The notes under the pieces were generated by a model that worked only from the letters and a program-made list of their open reading frames with translations, made no database searches and was not told the DNA's origin. A DNA stretch of 64,000 nucleotides, from IMG/VR virus record IMGVR_UViG_3300049201_000008, positions 16,024 through 80,023 of that record. One strand, given 5' to 3'. Source of the DNA: a virus. Lineage: Duplodnaviria > Caudoviricetes. A program made the position numbers and the translations under genes. This document shows, piece after piece, positions 42,432-51,070 of this stretch (positions are counted from its first letter, which is position 1; each line of letters opens with the position of its first letter).

Positions 42432-43083
42432 GGCCTTGGAACCCCTTGAGGAGCGGAATGATCGTGGTAGAATTGGCAGACGGCGTAAAACCTGAAGCGC
42501 TGATCACCTTGTATTGCACCCACAATGTTTTTGCCCCGATTGCAGGCGGAATCACAACGACTCCCAAAGGAGTGTTGTCGCCATCAACCGGCCGGCATAT
42601 TGCCTTGCCTCCATCCGAGAAAGCCACGAACGTGCCACGGAAGCGAGCGCGGGAGCCTGCCTTCTTGTTCGAGAACGCAGCGTTATCTCCGCCACCCACG
42701 CCGCTGTTCGCCGTTGGATCCGAGTTATAAACGAAAACATCTACGGTGATCCCGGCGGCGAGACCCGTATCGTTGGTGTCCAGTTCTATTTCGGTCAGCG
42801 CGACCGGAGCATCATTGATATCCGAAACCGTCACCGGCAGTGCTGTCACGCTGCCAGCGGTGGCGTTGTCGGAGATACTGTCACCGGCTGCATACGCCGT
42901 GGTGTTTGCCGGCCTCGTCAATGTCGTGCCTAGCACGGAAATCATGCGATCCGCGCCGATCGCTCCATGGTTCCCACTTGAATCGACAACTATGTGTTCC
43001 GGGTAAAGGACGCTGCCGATATCCTTCGCCGCGATGGTGACCGGCGCATTCGTGCGGTCGGCAATGCCTACATTGTCTGTCAT
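42424..43083 (-). CDS. putative virion structural protein
   Basis: TRPANTTAYAAGD; beta-rich composition. Confidence 0.6.
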   Translation of the reverse strand: MTDNVGIADRTNAPVTIAAKDIGSVLYPEHIVVDSSGNHGAIGADRMISVLGTTLTRPANTTAYAAGDSISDNATAGSVTALPVTVSDINDAPVALTEIELDTNDTGLAAGITVDVFVYNSDPTANSGVGGGDNAAFSNKKAGSRARFRGTFVAFSDGGKAICRPVDGDNTPLGVVVIPPAIGAKTLWVQYKVISASGFTPSANSTTIIPLLKGFQGRV

Positions 43084-43095
43084 CGATCAGTCCTT

Positions 43096-43218
43096 TCAGA
43101 ACAGCAGCAGAATGTATTGGGAATTGATGGGCCGGCTGAAAATGAAGCCGTTAGGCCCTGCCGACATCTCGACGGCGGAAGAGCCCAGGGCGACCCCGAG
43201 CATCAAGTTGATTGTCAT
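43096..43218 (-). CDS. small hypothetical protein (40 aa)
   Basis: Read manually: MTINLMLGVALGSSAVEMSAGPNGFIFSRPINSQYILLLF; AAGG SD. Confidence 0.45.
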   Translation of the reverse strand: MTINLMLGVALGSSAVEMSAGPNGFIFSRPINSQYILLLF

Positions 43219-43242
43219 GAGAAGACCTTTCCTTTGGAAAAG

Positions 43243-43266
43243 AAAAAGGCCCGCCAGAGCGAGCCT
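43243..43266 (-). terminator. intrinsic terminator after the GT61/MTase block
   Basis: AGGCTCGC-TCTG-GCGGGCC-TTTTTCTTTT. Confidence 0.75.
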
Positions 43267-43291
43267 TAATGTCTGTCATTCCATGTGTTCT

Positions 43292-43462
43292 TCAGCGCGT
43301 TGCGGTTGCCAGATGATCCACGCGCTGGATTTCAATCCGGTAAGTCGGAAAGCGTAATTTTTCGAGGAGCTGAGCGAGCAGCCCGCCTTCATCGCTTGCT
43401 TCGATGGTAAAGACTCGCGTTGCTATTGATTGGTTTTGCGTGTCTTCGTAAAGGGTAACCAA
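43292..43462 (-). CDS. possible small protein (56 aa)
   Basis: GAGGTGG SD then TTG start; fills the gap to the terminator. Confidence 0.3.
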   Translation of the reverse strand: MVTLYEDTQNQSIATRVFTIEASDEGGLLAQLLEKLRFPTYRIEIQRVDHLATATR

Positions 43463-43467
43463 CCACC

Positions 43468-44148
43468 TCATGACTTGGTGGCTACGACGCGAGCCAGCAC
43501 GTCGTCCAGGCTGGCGAACCTGAATGATTGTTTTGATAGCAGCATAGCGTCAAATGATAGCCCGCCGATCGAGGATGCCTGCCGCTCAGGCACTTGCTGA
43601 CGCGTCTCGCGCCAAACGACTGTCTGAGGCTGACTGCCCGATTCGACGGTTGCGTAGGACCACTGTTGGAAAAAGGCCTCGATAAAGTAGACGAGTTTGT
43701 AGACGTCACCCATCCACGCCCTGTCTGTAAGGCCAAGCTCCTTACGAACCTTCGCCGTGCGCCCGAAATCCCTCAGGGAAGCATGAAAGGAATCTGGCAT
43801 CACATCGTCAATCAGGATGACGCCGCCCGCGTTAAGCCTCTCGATCGAACTGGTGAAGTCTTTGAGCGTTTGTTCGAAGGTATGCAGTCCGTCGAGAAAA
43901 ATGAGATCGAATTTTTCGACAAGGTTCGGATTTCCGAAATACTCATCGCTCGGCACCTCGTGAAACGAGCAGTGGGTATGTTCTTTTGCTGCGCCCTGCC
44001 AATCGAACATGAACGTTGGATCGACCGCCACCTTGCGCCCCGCCTTCGCCGCCAGGAAGGTAACTCCGGTTTGAACGCCGACTTCCAGATACGAAGGATT
44101 TGGGCCAAGTTCTGCTAGAATAGCGTTGACCACATCCACGCGCGCCAT
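43468..44148 (-). CDS. class I SAM-dependent methyltransferase (Methyltransf_24-like, probable sugar O-methyltransferase)
   Basis: YLEVGV, DLIFLDGLHTFEQ, GGVILIDDV; no DNA-MTase NPPY/PC motif. Confidence 0.85.
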   Translation of the reverse strand: MARVDVVNAILAELGPNPSYLEVGVQTGVTFLAAKAGRKVAVDPTFMFDWQGAAKEHTHCSFHEVPSDEYFGNPNLVEKFDLIFLDGLHTFEQTLKDFTSSIERLNAGGVILIDDVMPDSFHASLRDFGRTAKVRKELGLTDRAWMGDVYKLVYFIEAFFQQWSYATVESGSQPQTVVWRETRQQVPERQASSIGGLSFDAMLLSKQSFRFASLDDVLARVVATKS

Positions 44149-44170
44149 ATTTTCCCTCCACGACTAAAGA

Positions 44171-45346
44171 TCAGACAGCCATTCTGTCTTCTTTCAGCAT
44201 CTCTTTAGCGCGTGGCACCCATGACGCAAACCCTGATTTCTCCAATGTCGAATAAATGAGATCGCGCGAGTCAGGCAGCTTTGACGACGGATCATGACTG
44301 GTCCTTCTCAACCACACCATGAGATCGTTAACAATCTCGGCGTCGTAGGCCTGCTGATCCCAGTGATCTTTAATCGGGATTCCTCGGCTTTCCAAGGCAC
44401 TTAGAACCCTCTCCATCTGCATAAAACTGATGCCAACCGCTTGCGCTTGATTCCCCGCTTCCGTGAGGCCATAAACCATTCCACCGACCATGTTGAGGTA
44501 TTCAAGAGACTTAGCGCGCGGTTTCAGGAACACCTTTGCAAGGCGGCCTCCCCGCCTCCTATTGATGATTGTTATGTCACCAAGGGAACGGCCCAAGAGT
44601 TGCATTCCGTGGAGGGCGGAGCCCTCAGCGACGATCAATCGTTCTGCGGACGCGAACACCCGCAGTTGCTCTGCGAGAGGAGACGTCTCGGGGCGGAATA
44701 TAGAAACGCCTGCTGCCTTCATCGCCGCCTCGAAAGCGACTTCGCCAGCGAACTTGCCGGCAATCCCGGCCCGCGAGACATAAACCGTGTCCTGCTTTCC
44801 TTCGGTCGAAAAGTGTCGCGCGGTCACTTCGTCCAGAATGTCAAGATAATCCTCTGTCGGGCCGACGGTGCTGTTCTGCTCTGCTTGCGGGACGACATGC
44901 AAAGTCTCGAACAGCGTCGGTTCGGCGACGAAATGGATACGCTCTGGCGGGACTTGGAACCATTCCAGAAGCATCTGCTCAAACCATTTCGGCGCATCGT
45001 CCAAGCCGGCGACCAACTGTCGCTTCTCGCTGGAGAACACAAGTTTTGCGTTCTCGTTTTGGCGCAGGGACTCGGCTATTCGGGTAGAATAGTCGACAAT
45101 CCCATGCCCAAAATGCGAGTGGACCGGCCCTCCCCAGAACCAATCACCGCCGCTGATCCTGACTGCCGGTTCCACATCGTCTGGCCGGGTATCGGATGGC
45201 GTTCCGTTTCGATTGAACCGAGCCTCAATCTGATTATCCCAATCCGGCCAGATCGGGCCTCCCTTGTGGTCATGCCCGCCGTGCAGACTCTGAAGCAGGC
45301 CGTCAAAAGGAACAACGGTGACATTAGAGAATGTGATCATGTGCAA
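44171..45346 (-). CDS. glycosyltransferase family 61-like protein
   Basis: HSHFGH, VYVSRA, FRPET.PLAEQLRVFASAERLIVAEGSALH. Confidence 0.8.
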   Translation of the reverse strand: MHMITFSNVTVVPFDGLLQSLHGGHDHKGGPIWPDWDNQIEARFNRNGTPSDTRPDDVEPAVRISGGDWFWGGPVHSHFGHGIVDYSTRIAESLRQNENAKLVFSSEKRQLVAGLDDAPKWFEQMLLEWFQVPPERIHFVAEPTLFETLHVVPQAEQNSTVGPTEDYLDILDEVTARHFSTEGKQDTVYVSRAGIAGKFAGEVAFEAAMKAAGVSIFRPETSPLAEQLRVFASAERLIVAEGSALHGMQLLGRSLGDITIINRRRGGRLAKVFLKPRAKSLEYLNMVGGMVYGLTEAGNQAQAVGISFMQMERVLSALESRGIPIKDHWDQQAYDAEIVNDLMVWLRRTSHDPSSKLPDSRDLIYSTLEKSGFASWVPRAKEMLKEDRMAV

Positions 45347-45396
45347 CGCCTCATTGAAGAGGTCGTTTTAGTGCCTCACCCTGTCCTTGCCAACCC

Positions 45397-48300
45397 CTAT
45401 AGCTCGCCTGAGACCGTGATCGTTGCCACCGTAACAGACGCGCTACTCGTCACAACGTCGCATCCGATCGTATTTTCGTTAGTGACGGCGGGGCTGTTGC
45501 TGCCTGACACGTTCACCGTCACGGGCTTCCGCAGAGGCGGCCTAAAGGCCACGTACCGAGACACGTTGTTGGCGTTGACGCCGAGCGACTGGTAGAAGGC
45601 TTGACACCGCAGCAATTCCTCGACTACGCCACGCCGCCGCAACAGAGGCCTATCGAACCCTGGGTAAAGGTCCGCAGCGATCCTGAGGTAACCGTTCTGT
45701 GCCAATGCGGTCTCAGTCCAGAAGACTACCGCAAGGTTGGCGCACGAGCTTCCCACGTGTCCGAACAGCGCCGCGATGTTGGTTAAGGTCGTCGCCGTGA
45801 GGGTCGTTGCGTCTATCGCGAGGACGTTGTAGTTCGCCGCGAAGAAGTTCCCGGCTGTATACGTCGTGGATGCCCAGTTGTTGATGACATCTCGCGTGGG
45901 CGCGTTGGCCGTAGAGGCCCACTCAAGGACGGCATAACGGATCGATATGCCCGCCGAACAGTAGAGTTTGGAGACCATGGAGAGCAGACGCCCTATGTGA
46001 GCCTTGCTGTCAGTGGTGTCTACGAAGGCCACCGCGCCTAGCTTCTTGGCCGTAGCGTCTGGTTGGAGGTATTGCCCCATGAAGGGAACACTGTCAGCGG
46101 GAGCAGTGCTGACCGAGAAGGTAACGTTCGAAGTGTCACCCGCCTCACACAGCGCCACCCAACCGTCCGCCCCATAAGCGCCATCGGCAACCGTGATGCC
46201 ATTACCGCGCTGGATGACGCCAGAGAAAGGATTGAGCAGAAGCCCTTGATGGCTGAAGCCAAAATCCTCCCAGTCGATCGCTTCGTCTTTTAGGGAGGAT
46301 ACCGACCCCGTCCGACTGAAGACTGTCGTAAACTTGCATTGCCGAAGCCTGGCAGACTTGCACGCCCCATAACGCAGGGAATAGCTGGCAAGTTCTTGGG
46401 CGTCTTCAACAACGATATTGTACCGGCCTTCCGTCTCGTGACCGCTAAGGATCGTTGCTGATTGTGGGGAACAGAACACGCGGGGGTTCTTCACGCCGCG
46501 AATGAGAACGTCCGTATCATTACCCTTCTGAGTCTCGCCTCGATAGAAGATGGCTTGGAAACGCGGTGTAGAGCCGTTCAACTCACCTGCAGGGTTGATG
46601 ATCTTGCCCGGATCGATGGTGATGCGCCCACCAGTTACGACATGATTAGGAACATTCGCCGCGGTCGTCGGCGCGCCGTAGTAGACTAGGTTGATCGTGT
46701 TGTTGCTGTCGGCGCCGATCAGTTCGATAATATCCGGTTTGAGGATCACGCAATCCGGCTGCACGATGTCTCGACCGTAACCGGCGCCGCTATTGTTGAA
46801 GGTGTCGAACAGGCCGAACTTCATAAGTTCGACTGTGTGGCCGGTCTCGATCTCATTGCTGTAGTCGTAGATCGTGATCGTCCCGCCGATGATTGCCGCG
46901 GTGCCTCCCCATTCAGGCAGATCTTGCCGCATGTTCATGCAGCGAGGTGTCTCTGACGAACCGGCGCCACCAGAACCGAGATGGAAATGGCAGTCAATGG
47001 CGCGGATGTTCGAACCCGCGCAGTGGATCAGGTTCGGATTGTTCATGTTCCGGTGGCCAAGGACGCAATTGTATAGGTCCATGTATTCGATCCAGTGGCC
47101 GCCAGCGCCATCGGGGAGTACACAGTCGCGGACTGTTACATATTTCGAGCCCGTCGCGTCGATGTCCCTCCGATTGCCGCCACCGCCACACCGCAGATAG
47201 TTTACAACAGTGCAATAGCCGCTGTTGAACGCATACTGGGTCGATTGATCTCCGAGGCCAAATACGTTGCAGTCCTCCCACGTCAATTTTGAAGCATTAA
47301 AGCCAACGAACCCCTGCTGAATATTCTGTCCGGATTCGTTGAAGATTATGACATTCTTCACGAGCGTATTGGGCCGGCTGATCGCCACCACGCGGCTCAT
47401 TCCGGAGCTGCTGCCCGAAATCACACGGACGCGGAAATTACCAAAGAAATGCTGCTCGCGAATTCGGCGGCGCTGGCAAGTCGCCGCCGAAAACGGCATG
47501 GTGAACGTCCTGGCCATGGGAACGTCAAGATTTCCCAACTCGTCGACGATGGTGAACGTTTCCCCCTTGGCGTCGCCCCCGCCACCACTGGACCGCAGCA
47601 GGAAAACCTGATCGGTGGCCAAAAGATAATATTGCCAGCCCTTATTCGCGTCACTCGCGAGGGCTGGAATTTTCCGTGAGCCTTTGCGAAGCCCGGTTGT
47701 CCATGTGTTGATCGTCGCGAGACTGACGGTGTTGTCGATGTCGTCGGCCAAGGAATCGTTGCCGATGACATTGTGAGACTGCCCGCTGTTGGGGACGGTA
47801 AATTCACATCCGCAACCGTCGAAAGGAACCTTTAACGTCAGCATGAGCGCCGAAGAACAGACGTACGTCACGCCCTTCGTGCCGCGAGCCTCAAGCCCAA
47901 GCGTGTTGCACGCGCTCACCCATGCGGCAAGGACGGCGTCGTCATTGGCACCTTCACCTATCCGGTTGCCGCCGACTAAAAACATTTCCGGGGTGAGATA
48001 AGGCGCTGGAGCGCGGACCAAATTCCCGCTGCCATCAACGTTCAAATTGGTAACAACGCCATTCGTGGCATACCCGACGCCGGCAATATCGATGGCCGGC
48101 GTTGCAAAGAAGGTCAGCGCCGTTGCGCCAAATTCTAAAGTATCGGAGAACGACACCTGATAACTTGTCGCCTGCGTTCCGCCTGTTACGACAACCCTAG
48201 TGCCATTCACCACGTCATCGTTGCGGGAAAAATCCGCGGACCGCGCCCAGTCGCCGGTATCCACGATATAAATTCCGTTATAGGCCGAGCCAACCTGATT

Positions 48301-48456
48301 CTTGACGAGGACACGATCGCCGGTTACGACAACTACGCCATCAATCGTCTGCAGCCCAGAAAGTGTGATGTTAGCCACTGTCGCGACAAGGCACGGGCCT
48401 TTGACCGCGACGGCCGAGGAAAGACCATCACGCCGATCATAAATCTGGCTTGTCAT
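45397..48456 (-). CDS. tailspike/tail fiber 2 (beta-helix depolymerase-like, C-terminal lectin-like domain)
   Basis: N-terminal anchor shared with 48457..50829; beta-helix repeats; C-term QRGNG...YGADGW...ELLRCQAFY. Confidence 0.85.
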   Translation of the reverse strand: MTSQIYDRRDGLSSAVAVKGPCLVATVANITLSGLQTIDGVVVVTGDRVLVKNQVGSAYNGIYIVDTGDWARSADFSRNDDVVNGTRVVVTGGTQATSYQVSFSDTLEFGATALTFFATPAIDIAGVGYATNGVVTNLNVDGSGNLVRAPAPYLTPEMFLVGGNRIGEGANDDAVLAAWVSACNTLGLEARGTKGVTYVCSSALMLTLKVPFDGCGCEFTVPNSGQSHNVIGNDSLADDIDNTVSLATINTWTTGLRKGSRKIPALASDANKGWQYYLLATDQVFLLRSSGGGGDAKGETFTIVDELGNLDVPMARTFTMPFSAATCQRRRIREQHFFGNFRVRVISGSSSGMSRVVAISRPNTLVKNVIIFNESGQNIQQGFVGFNASKLTWEDCNVFGLGDQSTQYAFNSGYCTVVNYLRCGGGGNRRDIDATGSKYVTVRDCVLPDGAGGHWIEYMDLYNCVLGHRNMNNPNLIHCAGSNIRAIDCHFHLGSGGAGSSETPRCMNMRQDLPEWGGTAAIIGGTITIYDYSNEIETGHTVELMKFGLFDTFNNSGAGYGRDIVQPDCVILKPDIIELIGADSNNTINLVYYGAPTTAANVPNHVVTGGRITIDPGKIINPAGELNGSTPRFQAIFYRGETQKGNDTDVLIRGVKNPRVFCSPQSATILSGHETEGRYNIVVEDAQELASYSLRYGACKSARLRQCKFTTVFSRTGSVSSLKDEAIDWEDFGFSHQGLLLNPFSGVIQRGNGITVADGAYGADGWVALCEAGDTSNVTFSVSTAPADSVPFMGQYLQPDATAKKLGAVAFVDTTDSKAHIGRLLSMVSKLYCSAGISIRYAVLEWASTANAPTRDVINNWASTTYTAGNFFAANYNVLAIDATTLTATTLTNIAALFGHVGSSCANLAVVFWTETALAQNGYLRIAADLYPGFDRPLLRRRGVVEELLRCQAFYQSLGVNANNVSRYVAFRPPLRKPVTVNVSGSNSPAVTNENTIGCDVVTSSASVTVATITVSGEL

Positions 48457-50829
48457 TTATCTGACCTCAAATTCCGCATTGGCGCCGCTGCCGAACCCGC
48501 AAAAGGCCTCGACGCCACGCCCTGCCAAGACAGCCACAGAAGAGCCGGCATTGTTGATTTCAGCCCCGGCGGCGGGGGCGATATCAAGCGTACCAGTGCT
48601 GCGTCGGAAGGCGCGGAACGTCACGCCAGGAGTGCACGCCGCCGAGAGCGTTATTGTGTAATTGTTCGCCGTGTTATTGATGTAGAGCGTGCGGTCGTTG
48701 GCGTTGGTGAGGGTGACATTTTCGCTCATTTGCACCGTCTTCCACGGGGCGTTGAAAAGTGCCACGCCCTTCATGTCGTGGCCGGTTGCGGTGTGCTCAT
48801 AAACCGCAACATTGTCGCGCCAGATCGCCGGATTGTCGCCTGATGCCCCGAATTGCGCGGGATCGTCGGCAACGCGGTTGGCATTGTCGAAGCCAATCCG
48901 ACTGGTGCTCTCTGTCGTGAGCATCTGGACCGGGATATGTGTGCCGCGCAGGCTTGCATATACCCGCGTCTGGCTGGATATGATCGCCTGGTTCCCGAGC
49001 TTTACACGACTTAACTGGTTGAGGAACGTGTTGCCGCCCTGCTCTGTGTATTTGATGAGCGAGGTAAAATCGTCATGACCCTGGCCACCGTAGATCACGG
49101 GGCCGATGTTCAGCAGATCGCCTTCCGTGAAATCCGCGTTGACCTTGTCTGCAAAAATCCGGATCGGCGCGTCATTATCGCTGATGAGATGGTCGTTCTT
49201 CGTGAACAGGTTCGGCCCTATCATGCACTCGGCAGAAGCCGGGTTCATGAAGTCGATGCTGCCGTTGTCGATATAGTTCGCTACCCATGTATTGTTGCCG
49301 TACCAGACCTCGTAGTTCGTGTACCAATTGCCGGTGCCGTCCTCCCAATTGGCAACCGGGAATGTGTGGTTCCCTTCGATCAGCCAGTGCCAACCATCCA
49401 CACGGACAGAAGGCCGGTTCGTCCCGCCGCATCTCGAAATCGTGTTGCCGAACACCTTGGTATCGTTGCCAGCACCCCACAGCCCAACAGCAAGGTTCTT
49501 TGTCGGGTCCCAGAAATCCTCCCCATCCCCGCGCACAAGCCCATGGATGTAATTGTTGCTGACCGTCGTCATGTTGGTGCCGGTGTTGCGCAACGTCAGC
49601 GTAACGCCCTCGCCACCAAGGGAGCCGGTAATTGTTTCACCAATTCCAGGCATCTCATTGTCGCCGTTCCGGTTCAGCGCGACGACATAGATTTTATCGC
49701 CGTTGATCCTGGCGATATGCCCCGATGCCCCGCCGGAAAATACGGCCAGTTCCCAAATCTGCAGCGTATGCCCCGGCTCGACATCGAACGGGTTCGTGCC
49801 GACATGGACCCCGTAGGAATAGAGATTCTGCGACATCCTGATGATCGTGTTCTTGTCGATCTTCGCCAGGAAGCCTTGCGATGGACCGGCCTCTGCCAGA
49901 ATGCCGGAAGCCCGGAAATTGCAGTCGATGACGTTCTTCTCGACAATGCAGCCGAAAGCGTTGCGGGAAATCTGCAGGATCGGCTTGTTGAGCGGAAACG
50001 AGTCCGACGCGATTATCCCGCCGATCGCAAAGACTATATCGCAACTGTCGCTGTCGTTGGATTTCTCGATGACAAGCGTGTCGGAAACAACATATTGCCC
50101 CGAGCCTGTGAGATGGATGCACTGCTGTTGAGCAGGCGAAACCCAGTTCACCGCAAAATCGATGGCGTTCTGTATGGCGGCATGCCCATCGGCGGCTCCA
50201 GTCCCGTCCGCCCCGAACGCGCTTACATTGATCGCCCCTTCAGGGACGTAGCCATACCTGACTTCCGTGCTGTCCGAGAGCGTGACAACCATCTGTCCCG
50301 GCAGATCGTCCTCATCTTCGTCCATCATGCGCCAGAGCGATGATCCGCCGTCGCCGGCAATGGTGTGGCCCGAAACCCGGATGTAGCCCGAGGCTTCTTC
50401 GGGATGGTAGGAGTCGGTCGCAAAGACATAAGTGGCGACGTCGAATGTTTCCGTTGACCTTGATTCGACAACGGCGAAATTGATTTCTGTCGTGCCAACC
50501 ACGATGGGATTTGCGGTCGTCACCTGAAACGTCACGCGAGCATAGGACTCGCCATCCGTGATCGTGACGCGCGTTCCCTTGATAACGTCGTCTGTCCTGC
50601 TGAAATCCTTCGCCCGCCTCCACGGACCTGTATCGGCAACATATATGCCGTTGTCGCGAGCATCCGTCTGTTGAGCGACAAGAACGCGGTTGCCCTCTTC
50701 AAGCAACACCCCATCGATCGTCTGCAGCCCTTCGAGGACGATATTCACCTCAGTGGCGGCACGGCACGGGCCTTTGAAAGCCGTGCTCGATGAGAGCCCG
50801 TCCTGACGGTCTACGATGATGCTCATCAA
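48457..50829 (-). CDS. tailspike 1 (pectate-lyase-like beta-helix)
   Basis: DGTGAADGHAAIQNAID, repeated NxI/GN motifs; same N-terminal anchor. Confidence 0.85.
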   Translation of the reverse strand: MMSIIVDRQDGLSSSTAFKGPCRAATEVNIVLEGLQTIDGVLLEEGNRVLVAQQTDARDNGIYVADTGPWRRAKDFSRTDDVIKGTRVTITDGESYARVTFQVTTANPIVVGTTEINFAVVESRSTETFDVATYVFATDSYHPEEASGYIRVSGHTIAGDGGSSLWRMMDEDEDDLPGQMVVTLSDSTEVRYGYVPEGAINVSAFGADGTGAADGHAAIQNAIDFAVNWVSPAQQQCIHLTGSGQYVVSDTLVIEKSNDSDSCDIVFAIGGIIASDSFPLNKPILQISRNAFGCIVEKNVIDCNFRASGILAEAGPSQGFLAKIDKNTIIRMSQNLYSYGVHVGTNPFDVEPGHTLQIWELAVFSGGASGHIARINGDKIYVVALNRNGDNEMPGIGETITGSLGGEGVTLTLRNTGTNMTTVSNNYIHGLVRGDGEDFWDPTKNLAVGLWGAGNDTKVFGNTISRCGGTNRPSVRVDGWHWLIEGNHTFPVANWEDGTGNWYTNYEVWYGNNTWVANYIDNGSIDFMNPASAECMIGPNLFTKNDHLISDNDAPIRIFADKVNADFTEGDLLNIGPVIYGGQGHDDFTSLIKYTEQGGNTFLNQLSRVKLGNQAIISSQTRVYASLRGTHIPVQMLTTESTSRIGFDNANRVADDPAQFGASGDNPAIWRDNVAVYEHTATGHDMKGVALFNAPWKTVQMSENVTLTNANDRTLYINNTANNYTITLSAACTPGVTFRAFRRSTGTLDIAPAAGAEINNAGSSVAVLAGRGVEAFCGFGSGANAEFEVR

Positions 50830-50838
50830 TTTTCCTAA

Positions 50839-50861
50839 GAAAAAGGCTCCTTCGGGAGCCT
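50839..50861 (-). terminator. intrinsic terminator upstream of the tailspikes
   Basis: AGGCTCC-CGAA-GGAGCC-TTTTTCTT. Confidence 0.75.
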
Positions 50862-50862
50862 G

Positions 50863-51063
50863 TCAGCAGTCGTCTGCTCTTGTGCCGTAGCTCATACAGC
50901 TTTCGTTATTCGATCCAGAATTGGCGAAGTAGGCTCCACCGGCCAGACCAAGCGCGATCAGGACGGGATAAATCCACTTCCTGATGCCCTCCGAGGCGTC
51001 ATCCCTGAACAGAAACAGAGATGCATAACCGGCCACAACGGCAGCCACAAATATCCAGAACAT
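50863..51063 (-). CDS. small two-TM membrane protein
   Basis: MFWIFVAAVVAGYASLFLF...WIYPVLIALGLAGGAYF; C-terminal Cys pair. Confidence 0.6.
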   Translation of the reverse strand: MFWIFVAAVVAGYASLFLFRDDASEGIRKWIYPVLIALGLAGGAYFANSGSNNESCMSYGTRADDC

Positions 51064-51070
51064 TCCACAC

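Noticed and set aside
44441-45595. 384-aa plus-strand ORF opposite GT61, and 49075..50343 opposite tailspike 1
   Set aside because: Antisense shadows with no recognisable motifs.
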